DNA of 32,000 bases from Siansivirga zeaxanthinifaciens CC-SAMT-1 (GCF_000941055.1 NZ_CP007202.1:2556437-2588436), one strand, 5' to 3'; numbered from the stretch's first letter, positions 7,470 through 16,579 are shown. Numbers and translations: made by a program. The notes: generated by a model from the letters alone, not told the origin.

Positions 7470-10469
7470 ATGAAGTTAACATATCATTTATTCATTTTCT
7501 TCATGTTTTTTATTCTGGGCACTCATGGTTTCGCCCAAAAAGTTATTACAGGAACTGTTTTAGCACTTGATACAGAAGAACCTTTAATGGGAGCTAGCGT
7601 TATAGACCCTTTAAGTAAAAAAGGAAGTATAACCGATTTTGATGGTCGTTTTACCATAGAGATACCTAATTCGAGTAAAACTTTGAAAATTTCATATGTT
7701 GGTTATGAAACCTACACTTTAAATGTAACCAACGAGACAAATTATAAAATTGTTTTAAAAGCTGGTGAATCTTTAGATGAGGTTGTTGTTGTTGGCTATG
7801 GAACACAAACTAAGAAAGATATTAGTGGTAGCTTACAAACTATTAAAACTGAAGATATAGCCAAAATACCCGCATCAAGTTTTGAAAATGCTCTACAAGG
7901 GCAGACACCTGGTGTTAATATTTCATCTGCATCTGGAACACCTGGAAGTGCCGTTAACATTAATATTCGTGGGGTTTCTTCCATATCGGCTAGTAGCCAG
8001 CCTTTGTTTATAGTCGATGGTGTACCTATCGTATCGAGAAATAATTCTGCTTTAAATGCAAACATTCAACCTACAAACCCATTAGCAGATATTAATCCAA
8101 ATGATATTGAGTCCATTACCATTTTAAAGGACGCAGCAGCAGCTTCCATTTATGGTTCAAGAGGTGCTAATGGGGTAATATTAATTACTACAAAGCGAGG
8201 AGAAACAGGTAAAACTACTGTAGATGTTGGATTTTATACGGGTTTTTCTGAAATTACAAGTACACCAAAAATGGCTAATAGTGAGACGTTTAAAGAATTT
8301 TTTAATACAGCAGCAGCATTTGATGGTTTAGGAGCCGATTATTTTGATTGGATTGATACTTCAAACGGAGTTAATACCAATATCTATGATGAAATTCTTA
8401 GAACAGGTGTTACCAAAAACCTAGATATTAGTGCTAGAGGAGGTTCGGAAAAAACAAAATTCTATTTAAGTGGAAATTATTACGACCAAGAAGGTATTCA
8501 AATTGGACAAGGATTTAAAAGACTTAGTGGTAGATTAAATCTTGATCACACCATAGATGAGAAGTTTAAAATAGGGTCTACTATTTTTGTAAATAGAAGT
8601 AATCATCAAAGAACTATTAATGAAAATGACGAATATGGAGTAGTAATCAATGCCCAAGGTTGGGATCCTACAGCTCCCATTTATAATGAAGATGGTAGTT
8701 ATGTAAATCCCTTTAGTTATAATACCTGGTGGCCATTAGAAAACCCTGTACTTATTGCCAACGAATACAAAAACGAATCACAAAGCACGCGTTTACAATC
8801 TTCTGCATATTTAGAGTACAAAATAATACCTAATTTAACATTTAGATCGGCTTACTCTTTAGAATATTCAAATTTTGTTGAAACGTCTTTTGTTCCAGTA
8901 GGCACTAATAAATCTGATGAAGGCGAAGCTATTTTTGCAACCTATGAAGAAACTACTTGGCAATTAGAAAACACTTTAAATTATTTAAAAACATTTAAAG
9001 AAAAACATAGTTTAGGTTTAACTGGTGGTTGGACTTTACAGGAAACAAAATCACAATCTTCAGACCAAGAGGGTATAGGATTTGCTACCAATAATTCTTC
9101 AAGTATTAGTGCTGCCAGTACAATTATTTCGAGTACAACTGGAAAAAATCAATTTGGACTTCAGTCATTTTTCGGTCGTATGAATTACACTTTCGATAAT
9201 CGTTATATAGCTTCATTTACATTAAGAGCAGACGGATCGTCTCGCTTTGGAGATAATAATCAATATGGTTATTTTCCATCAGGATCTCTGGCATGGAGAA
9301 TTGATAAAGAGTCATTCTTTAATGTAGATCAAATTTCAAATTTCAAGTTAAGAACCAGTTATGGTATTACTGGAAATCAAGAAATTTCATCCAATTGGGT
9401 TGGCACCTATTCTTTAAATGCCTCTTACAATGGTGTTCCAGGAATTGCTCCAAACCGTTTAGAAAACGAAAACTTAGGTTGGGAAAAAACAAAACAATTT
9501 AACTTAGGTCTAGATTTAGGTTTATTTAACAATCGTATCAGCTTAACTGCAGATTACTTTAAAAAAGAAACAGAAGATCTACTATTAAGTGCAGATGTAC
9601 CAGGACTTACAGGTTTTAGTTCTGTATTTCAAAATGTTGGAGAAATAGAAAACAGCGGATTGGAATTTAATTTGAATGCTGCTATTATTGATAATGACAA
9701 TTTTAAATGGAATTCTAGTTTCAACATTTCCTTTTTGGATAATAAAATTAATAAGTTATTAAATAATGGAGAAAATATTGGACGTAATCATATTTTACTG
9801 GAAGGAGAATCTGTAAGCACCTTATTTTTAATAAAATCGTTGGGTGTAGATCCACAAACGGGCGATGCGTTGTTTGAAGATTTAAATAACGATGGTATTA
9901 TTGATTTTGACGATAGACAAGTTGTTGGAAGTGCCTTACCAGATTATTTTGGTGGCTGGCTAAATAGTTTTACATATAAAAACTTTTCATTAACCGCTAA
10001 TTTTCAATTTTCTGGTGGAAATAAAATTTTTAACCAGAGTCGTCATGCATTTGAAAACTTTGGGTTTACCAGAAGCGGCATACCATATGGTAATATTAGC
10101 CAACGTGTTTATGATAATTATTGGAGAACACCTGGTCAAATTACAGATGTTCCAAGACCTTCAACAGAAAGTGGACAATTGCAGCGATTTAGTACACAAT
10201 TTTTAGAAAATGGTGATTATGTAAGGCTTAAAACACTTCGTTTGGCATATACGTTTAATGCCGATAAATTAAAAACCATAGGACTAAATAACTTGTCGGT
10301 ATATATACAAGGACAAAATTTATTTACCATTACAGATTATTTAGGTTTCGATCCAGAAGCATCTACAAATACCTCAAGTCAAGAAGATTTAAATATTTTG
10401 CAAGGTGAAGATTTTGGTACATTAGGACAAGCTCGCACTATATCCATAGGATTTACTACAACATTTTAA
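7470..10469 (+). CDS. susC: SusC/RagA-family TonB-dependent outer-membrane transporter
   Basis: 999 aa. It has a signal peptide ending GFAQ, an N-terminal carboxypeptidase-regulatory-like domain (ITGTVL...GASV...TDFDGRFTI), a TonB box DEVVVVGYG and a plug region (IESITILKDAAAASIYGSRGANGVILITTKRG). The C-terminus is typical of a beta-barrel and ends in F. It is followed immediately by a SusD gene. No STN domain is present. Confidence 0.95.
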   Translation: MKLTYHLFIFFMFFILGTHGFAQKVITGTVLALDTEEPLMGASVIDPLSKKGSITDFDGRFTIEIPNSSKTLKISYVGYETYTLNVTNETNYKIVLKAGESLDEVVVVGYGTQTKKDISGSLQTIKTEDIAKIPASSFENALQGQTPGVNISSASGTPGSAVNINIRGVSSISASSQPLFIVDGVPIVSRNNSALNANIQPTNPLADINPNDIESITILKDAAAASIYGSRGANGVILITTKRGETGKTTVDVGFYTGFSEITSTPKMANSETFKEFFNTAAAFDGLGADYFDWIDTSNGVNTNIYDEILRTGVTKNLDISARGGSEKTKFYLSGNYYDQEGIQIGQGFKRLSGRLNLDHTIDEKFKIGSTIFVNRSNHQRTINENDEYGVVINAQGWDPTAPIYNEDGSYVNPFSYNTWWPLENPVLIANEYKNESQSTRLQSSAYLEYKIIPNLTFRSAYSLEYSNFVETSFVPVGTNKSDEGEAIFATYEETTWQLENTLNYLKTFKEKHSLGLTGGWTLQETKSQSSDQEGIGFATNNSSSISAASTIISSTTGKNQFGLQSFFGRMNYTFDNRYIASFTLRADGSSRFGDNNQYGYFPSGSLAWRIDKESFFNVDQISNFKLRTSYGITGNQEISSNWVGTYSLNASYNGVPGIAPNRLENENLGWEKTKQFNLGLDLGLFNNRISLTADYFKKETEDLLLSADVPGLTGFSSVFQNVGEIENSGLEFNLNAAIIDNDNFKWNSSFNISFLDNKINKLLNNGENIGRNHILLEGESVSTLFLIKSLGVDPQTGDALFEDLNNDGIIDFDDRQVVGSALPDYFGGWLNSFTYKNFSLTANFQFSGGNKIFNQSRHAFENFGFTRSGIPYGNISQRVYDNYWRTPGQITDVPRPSTESGQLQRFSTQFLENGDYVRLKTLRLAYTFNADKLKTIGLNNLSVYIQGQNLFTITDYLGFDPEASTNTSSQEDLNILQGEDFGTLGQARTISIGFTTTF

Positions 10470-10480
10470 TATTTAATATT

Positions 10481-11830
10481 ATGAAAAGAACATATATTTA
10501 TATACTTACACTAACATTGTCTTTAAATTTATTAACCGGATGTGACAATGTGTTAGACATCGAATTAGATGACGAAATTAAAAGTACAGAAGCCATCACA
10601 GATGAAGTATCACTGCGCTCGGCAGTTATTGGTTTGTATAGCGAAATGCAAAGTAGTACTTATTATGGAGGCGAATTTGTTGTTGCTCATGCTCTAACAG
10701 GCGGAATAGCCGATGCAACCGCTTTCCAAGAACGTTTTTCTCAATTGGCAAATGCTATCATTCCTACATCGAACACCTATATAGAAAGTAATTGGGTAGA
10801 TGTTTATGCGCTTGTTAATTCAAGTAATTTAATTTTAGATAAGATAATAGAATTAGGTATTGACGACCCCAACTCTGAGGGAACAGCTTTATTTTTTAGA
10901 GCGCTTGGTCATTTTGATGCTTTAAGACAATTTGGTGAGTTTACTAATAAAAGCTCTAATTATGGTATTCCAATATCAACTATGTTTCTAAATACTGAAA
11001 CATCTGTTTTAATAGCAAGATCGTCTGTAGCAGATTCTTTCTCTAGAATTGTTAAAGATTTAAATGATGCCATCGCATTATTAGATTACGATGACGATAG
11101 ATATTTTGTATCTCGCGCAACAGCAGAAGCTTTATTAGCCAGAGTTTATCTTTATCAAGGTGAATATGCTCTCGCAGAGCAATTAGCTACAGATGTCATA
11201 GAAAACGGTGATTATGTTTTAAATAACTTTTTTAATGATATTTATAATGTTGAAGGTTCTGATGAATCTATTTTTGAATTGCAATTTCAAGGCGTAAGAG
11301 GTAATGGCTTAACTGCATTGTTATCAACATCACCTCCAGAAGTCTCTGCCAATTACGATAATTTCTTTAAAGACATGGATGCTGATGATGACCCGAGAAG
11401 TTACAAGTTTTACGACACTGGAAGTATTATTTATGTTGACAAATATGGTGTAAGTGATAATGATGTTGAAGGAAATGCCATTATTTTAAAGCTTTCTGAA
11501 ATGTATTTAATACGAGCAGAGGCAAGAGCACGACAAACACCAACCAATTTAAAAACAGCTTTAGAGGATTTAAATGAAGTTAGAACACGCTCACTGCCAA
11601 CCATGCCAATACTTGAAGCTAATATTCCAGATTTTGATGCTTTTGTTGATGCATTGTTAGAAGAACGCGCCAGAGAATTAGCTTTTGAAGGCCATCGTTG
11701 GTTTGATATTGTAAGATTGGGTAGGGCAGAGAGCCTATTAGGAATTCCGGCATACCGAACAGTATATCCTATACCCCAAAGAGAGGTAAATATTTCAAAA
11801 GGAGTTATCGTACAAAACCCTGAATATTAA
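10481..11830 (+). CDS. susD: SusD/RagB-family nutrient-binding outer-membrane lipoprotein
   Basis: Lipobox LLTGCDN. The sequence is TPR-like and helical, with the conserved C-terminal block ERARELAFEGHRWFDIVR. It starts 11 nt after susC. Confidence 0.92.
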   Translation: MKRTYIYILTLTLSLNLLTGCDNVLDIELDDEIKSTEAITDEVSLRSAVIGLYSEMQSSTYYGGEFVVAHALTGGIADATAFQERFSQLANAIIPTSNTYIESNWVDVYALVNSSNLILDKIIELGIDDPNSEGTALFFRALGHFDALRQFGEFTNKSSNYGIPISTMFLNTETSVLIARSSVADSFSRIVKDLNDAIALLDYDDDRYFVSRATAEALLARVYLYQGEYALAEQLATDVIENGDYVLNNFFNDIYNVEGSDESIFELQFQGVRGNGLTALLSTSPPEVSANYDNFFKDMDADDDPRSYKFYDTGSIIYVDKYGVSDNDVEGNAIILKLSEMYLIRAEARARQTPTNLKTALEDLNEVRTRSLPTMPILEANIPDFDAFVDALLEERARELAFEGHRWFDIVRLGRAESLLGIPAYRTVYPIPQREVNISKGVIVQNPEY

Positions 11831-11847
11831 CATTGAATACATTGAGA

Positions 11848-11903
11848 GTAATTCTAACTTGAAGTCCCTTAACTTTATTGATTTGGCTTCAAGTTAGAAT
11901 TAC
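11848..11903 (+). terminator. Strong stem-loop (perfect 17-bp stem) between susD and the downstream enzyme genes; probably a partial terminator or attenuator
   Basis: GTAATTCTAACTTGAAG (11848..11864) is the exact reverse complement of CTTCAAGTTAGAATTAC (11887..11903). The loop is 22 nt and the stem is followed by ATTTTCT. Confidence 0.6.
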
Positions 11904-11933
11904 ATTTTCTATAAAAACTTATTAAAAAAATAA

Positions 11934-12884
11934 ATGTCAAAAAAAACAAAATATTCCCTCTGCATTCATGGTGGAGCAGGTGTTATTATTAAAAATAAAT
12001 TATCTACTACAGATAAAAATTTAATAATAGCCGACTTAAAAGCTAGTATAGCAGCAGGAGAAAATATATTAAACAAAGGTGGTTCTGCTACAGATGCCGT
12101 ATGTGCAGCAGTTGAAGTTTTAGAAAACAGTATGCATTTTAATGCAGGAAAAGGCGCTGTTTACAACCGCAACGGAGAACATTTACTGGAAGCCTCTGTA
12201 ATGGATGGTGCAACACTAAAAGCTGGTGCTTTAGCAAATTCAAAGCGAATTAAAAACCCTGTTCTTTTTGCTAAAACATTACTAAACAGAGATGATGTTG
12301 TATTTATTTCTGGAGATTCGGTAGATGCGCTTGCGGGTGAACTAGGTCATCCCTTGGTAGATAATAATTATTTTGACACCAGTTTTAGGAAAGAACAATG
12401 GGAATTTGCCCAAAGCCTTTCAGATAACACTACTTTTTTAGATCACACTAATCTAAAAATGGGTACTGTAGGTGCTGTGGCTTTAGATACGCACGGCAAT
12501 TTAGCCGCAGCTACTTCTACTGGGGGTATGACAAATAAATTAGATGGTCGTATAGGAGATTCGGCAATAATTGGGTGTGGTACATATGCAAAAAATAAAA
12601 CATGCGCAGTATCTTGTACTGGCATTGGAGAATTTTTTATGAGAGCTACTGTAGCATCAACAGTTTCCCACTTAATGGAATATGGTGGCTTATCGTTGGA
12701 GGCTGCAGCGCATCAAGCCATCCATGAGCATCAAGCAAAACTTGGAGGCGATGGTGGTCTTGTTGCCATCGATGCACAAGGAAACATAACAATGCCATAC
12801 AATTCACAAGGCATGTACAGAGCCTTTGTAAATGAAGGTTCTAACAAAAGAGGAGTATTTATTTGGGATGAAGCAGAAAACTAA
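11934..12884 (+). CDS. iaaA: Isoaspartyl peptidase / L-asparaginase (Ntn-hydrolase, asparaginase_2 family; IaaA-like), predicted cytoplasmic
   Basis: Family blocks are visible: CIHGGAG, the autoprocessing/nucleophile site MGTVGAVALD, TSTGGMTNKLDGRIGDSAIIGCGTYA and SCTGIGEFFMR. There is no signal peptide. Confidence 0.88.
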   Translation: MSKKTKYSLCIHGGAGVIIKNKLSTTDKNLIIADLKASIAAGENILNKGGSATDAVCAAVEVLENSMHFNAGKGAVYNRNGEHLLEASVMDGATLKAGALANSKRIKNPVLFAKTLLNRDDVVFISGDSVDALAGELGHPLVDNNYFDTSFRKEQWEFAQSLSDNTTFLDHTNLKMGTVGAVALDTHGNLAAATSTGGMTNKLDGRIGDSAIIGCGTYAKNKTCAVSCTGIGEFFMRATVASTVSHLMEYGGLSLEAAAHQAIHEHQAKLGGDGGLVAIDAQGNITMPYNSQGMYRAFVNEGSNKRGVFIWDEAEN

Positions 12885-12892
12885 ATTAAATC

Positions 12893-13789
12893 ATGATGAA
12901 ATTAATTAACATCGCAAACATTCTATTCATTTTTACGATCATGTTTTCTTGTAAAGAGAAAGCATCAAACTCAACTGCAAACCAACAATCTATTGAAGCT
13001 TTAAAAATTGTTAATAAACCTAAAGGAAAACTTTTTATCATAGGAGGAGGGAAGCGTCCCAAAGAAATGATTAAAGAACTACTAACAACAAGTAATTTTA
13101 ATAATGAGGCATATCTGGTTATCCTGCCTATGGCAAGTCAAGAACCAGATTCTACCATTTATTATGCTTCAAAACAATTTGAAGAGTTGGGTATCGATTC
13201 AAAAAAAATTAAAGGTTTTAATTTTGAAAAAAACAAAGAAAATAAAGTCTGGTTAGATTCTTTAAAACAAGCTAAAATTATCTATATTTCAGGAGGCGAT
13301 CAGGTAAAATTTATGGATGTTGTTTTAAACACACCTATATATGATGCTTTACATGAGGCTTATCAAAATGGTACTACTATAGCAGGAACTAGTGCCGGGG
13401 CTGCAATAATGAGTGAAAAAATGATTACCGGAAATGAATATAAACATAAAGAATACACCGGGGATTTTAGAACTATTGAAGCCAATAATATAGAAATTTC
13501 ACAAGGCATGGGATTTATAAAACATGCTATTATCGATCAACATTTCGTAAAACGCATGCGTATGAATCGCTTAGTGAGTATAGCTATAGAACATCCTAAC
13601 GAAACCGCTATTGGAATAGATGAATCTACAGCCATTATTATTGAGGGCGACAGTATTAAAGTTACTGGCTTATCTCAAGTAATTGTCATTAAAAATCCCA
13701 AAAAGAATCTTAAAATTAAAGAAGGATTACTAGGTGCAGATCAATTAGAATTAAGTGTAAAATTACCTGGAAGCAGATTTACATTTTAA
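12893..13789 (+). CDS. Cyanophycinase (peptidase S51), predicted lipoprotein
   Basis: Lipobox FTIMFSCKEK. S51/cyanophycinase blocks are present: LFIIGGG, YISGGDQ, the nucleophile-serine block IAGTSAGAAIMS, IIDQHF and AIGIDESTAIIIEGD. At 298 aa its length fits cyanophycinase better than PepE. Confidence 0.8.
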   Translation: MMKLINIANILFIFTIMFSCKEKASNSTANQQSIEALKIVNKPKGKLFIIGGGKRPKEMIKELLTTSNFNNEAYLVILPMASQEPDSTIYYASKQFEELGIDSKKIKGFNFEKNKENKVWLDSLKQAKIIYISGGDQVKFMDVVLNTPIYDALHEAYQNGTTIAGTSAGAAIMSEKMITGNEYKHKEYTGDFRTIEANNIEISQGMGFIKHAIIDQHFVKRMRMNRLVSIAIEHPNETAIGIDESTAIIIEGDSIKVTGLSQVIVIKNPKKNLKIKEGLLGADQLELSVKLPGSRFTF

Positions 13790-13821
13790 AAATGTAATTA
13801 AAAATATTTGAAATAAAAGTT

Positions 13822-15210
13822 ATGAAATTATTTAAAAAATTTCCAGACACCATTAGTATTATATTAGGAATCGGAATTCTATTTATTATTTTAACTTGGC
13901 TCATTCCTGCCGGAGCATTCAACAAAGAACTTGTTAACGGCAGAGAAGTCATAGTAGCTAACAGTTATAAACATATTCCAGCGCAACCTCAAGGCATATG
14001 GGCGTTTCTTACATTTCCAATAAAAGGTTTTGTATCTGCTTCTTTTGTTATTGCTTTTGTTTTTTTGGTTGGAGGTGCTTTTTCAATACTTACAAAAACA
14101 GGCGCTATTAATGCCGGACTATTTAAAGTAATTACAATTAGTAAAAATCGACCTCAGTACAAAATCTTTATTATACCTAGTATTGTTGCGCTTTTTTCTT
14201 TAGCTGGAGCTACATTTGGTATGAGTGAGGAAATTTTAGTATTCATCTTAATTACTATTCCTTTATCTCAAGCCATGGGCTACGATGCAATTATTGGCGC
14301 AGCCATTCCTATAGTAGGCACTGGCGTTGGTTTTGCTGGTGCATTTACAAATCCGTTTACTATTGGTATTGCTCAGGGAATAGCTCAAATACCAATTTTT
14401 AGTGGCATAGAATATCGTTTAGTAGTATGGTTTATACTAACACTTATCGCATGCATTTTAATAACAAGATATGCCCGAAAAATTGATAAAGACCCTACAA
14501 AAAGTTTCATGTATGATCTGGAAATTAACACCTTAGAAAAATTCAATAAAAACGATATTCCCGAATTCAATAAATCACGTAAACTTATTTTAGTTGCATT
14601 ATTCCTGGCATTAATTATTCTCATTTATGGGGTAAATGTATATCAATGGTATATCAACGAAATTGCTGGATTATTTATTGGGCTTGGCATTATTAGCGCT
14701 CTTATTTATAAAATGCCGGTATCAAAAGCGATACAAGCATTTATTGAGGGAGCTAAAGAAATGATGTCTGCTGCTTTAATTATTGGTTTAGCTAAGGGTT
14801 TGTTAGTAATAGCAGAAGATGGAAAAATTATAGATACCATATTAAATTCCGTAGCTGTAATGGCAGGAGACACACCTCAATTTATTTCAGTTAGTCTTAT
14901 GTTTTTATTTCAAAGTTGCTTAAACTTTTTTATTCCTTCAGGCTCAGGTCAAGCTGCTTTAACTATGCCTATTATGGCTCCTCTAAGCGATTTATTGGGC
15001 ATTAGTAGGCAGTTAGCTGTACTTGCATTTCAATTTGGAGATGGACTAAGTAATATGATAGTTCCAACTAGTGGCGTTACTATGGGAACTTTATCAATTG
15101 CTAAAATTCCATACAATGTATGGTTTAAATGGATATGTCCAACGGTAATTATTTTAAGTTTTATAGCTGTATTGTTGTTAATATTACCATTATTCTTATT
15201 TGAATGGTAA
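13822..15210 (+). CDS. yfcC: YfcC-family (DcuC-superfamily) inner-membrane transporter
   Basis: 462-aa polytopic membrane protein. Its N-terminus (FPDTISIILGIGILFIILTWLIPAG) and overall layout match the YfcC / C4-dicarboxylate anaerobic carrier-like family. Confidence 0.75.
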   Translation: MKLFKKFPDTISIILGIGILFIILTWLIPAGAFNKELVNGREVIVANSYKHIPAQPQGIWAFLTFPIKGFVSASFVIAFVFLVGGAFSILTKTGAINAGLFKVITISKNRPQYKIFIIPSIVALFSLAGATFGMSEEILVFILITIPLSQAMGYDAIIGAAIPIVGTGVGFAGAFTNPFTIGIAQGIAQIPIFSGIEYRLVVWFILTLIACILITRYARKIDKDPTKSFMYDLEINTLEKFNKNDIPEFNKSRKLILVALFLALIILIYGVNVYQWYINEIAGLFIGLGIISALIYKMPVSKAIQAFIEGAKEMMSAALIIGLAKGLLVIAEDGKIIDTILNSVAVMAGDTPQFISVSLMFLFQSCLNFFIPSGSGQAALTMPIMAPLSDLLGISRQLAVLAFQFGDGLSNMIVPTSGVTMGTLSIAKIPYNVWFKWICPTVIILSFIAVLLLILPLFLFEW

Positions 15211-15274
15211 TATTTATATAAAATCGGCTTAAATGAATATGTAACTTAAATAAATCCCAAAACAGTTATGCTGT

Positions 15275-16426
15275 TTATTTATCTTTCTTAGGTTTATTAA
15301 TTGATATACAATGGAAACCACCACCATCTCTATTAAGTTCTACACAATCAAGCATTATAATTTTCTTTTCAGGAAAAATACTTTTAAATATAGTGGCTAC
15401 TTCGGCGTCTTTAGAAATGGCATCATCACTCTTTAGGTATTGCGCATAGCTAGGAACGATAACTTTATTTTTGGTAATAATAAAATTTAAGTAACTGGTA
15501 GACCTTATAAATGTTCTTATTTCATTAAAATTTAATTCGTTTTCAATAAGTAATGGAGCCATAGACACTCTAATAATGTTTAAAGGATTTCCATCTTGGT
15601 CTGTAGCATTTTTAAGAATATGATAGTTTTCTTCCAATCGCTCATGAGCTATTTTTACTATTGGGTTTGTATTTATTTCATTGGTATTTACCTTGGCTAA
15701 TAGCACCGTATTAGGCGAAATAAATCTGCAAAAAGCATCTATATGGTTACCTGCACCATTGGTGTAAATATTTCCAAATATTGGTGTTTCTGCTAGTAAT
15801 TCATCTTGTGGGAGTCCGCTTTTTAACCATATAATTTTTTTTACGCCCAATTTTTCTTTTAACTCTTGAGCAATGTCTTCTTTGGTTAATTTTGGATTGT
15901 TGTATGCTTCATGTTTTTCAACCAAAATAGCTAAACCTTTACCATTTAGTTCTCTTGCACCACCAATACCAACAATTTTAGAGGCCCTAAGCCGCTGTTT
16001 TACAAATGATTGATATTCATAAGGAAATGTGTTTTCCTCATAATCGTTATACTTAAAACTTAAAATTTTGGTTTCTCCACTTTTATTCATTAAAAATGTA
16101 GGGCCAAAATCACGAACCCATATATTCGTATTGTTTACCTTTACTAGTTGTACATTATCCATATTAACTCCAAACAACTTAAGTTGTTTAAATAAACTAT
16201 CTACTATGGTTTTTTTAGGTACAAATAGAGTAACATGATCGTCTTCGGCCAAATTCTTAACGAAATTAACATAGGTGTTAGCATGGGATGGAGACCAAAC
16301 CACTAAATGGGATTCGGTTTCATCAAAATCGGTAGAAGGTTGATAATCCTCATTATAATTTAAAAAATACCAAGTAAAACTTGCGGTTATTACCATGGAA
16401 ACAAGTACAATAATTTTTGTTTTCAT
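15275..16426 (-). CDS. Agmatine deiminase / Porphyromonas-type peptidyl-arginine deiminase family protein with an N-terminal signal or anchor
   Basis: Guanidino-group-modifying enzyme blocks are present: NIWVRDFGPTF (WxRDxGP), GAGNHIDAFCRFISPNTVLL, SYLNFIITKNKVIVPSY, and the C-terminal catalytic-Cys block GGGFHCISINKP. The N-terminus is hydrophobic (MKTKIIVLVSMVITASF). Confidence 0.85.
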   Translation of the reverse strand: MKTKIIVLVSMVITASFTWYFLNYNEDYQPSTDFDETESHLVVWSPSHANTYVNFVKNLAEDDHVTLFVPKKTIVDSLFKQLKLFGVNMDNVQLVKVNNTNIWVRDFGPTFLMNKSGETKILSFKYNDYEENTFPYEYQSFVKQRLRASKIVGIGGARELNGKGLAILVEKHEAYNNPKLTKEDIAQELKEKLGVKKIIWLKSGLPQDELLAETPIFGNIYTNGAGNHIDAFCRFISPNTVLLAKVNTNEINTNPIVKIAHERLEENYHILKNATDQDGNPLNIIRVSMAPLLIENELNFNEIRTFIRSTSYLNFIITKNKVIVPSYAQYLKSDDAISKDAEVATIFKSIFPEKKIIMLDCVELNRDGGGFHCISINKPKKDK

Positions 16427-16579
16427 TTGGGGTTGTATATTGTTGGTAACAATAATCTAATGTACTACAAATTTCATTTGTAAAAACACTAACAAATGTT
16501 AATTTATAGCTTATTTGAATACATTAAAATTGTTTAAATTCGAGACAAAAATTCAGTACTCGATAAAAAAACCTTTAGT

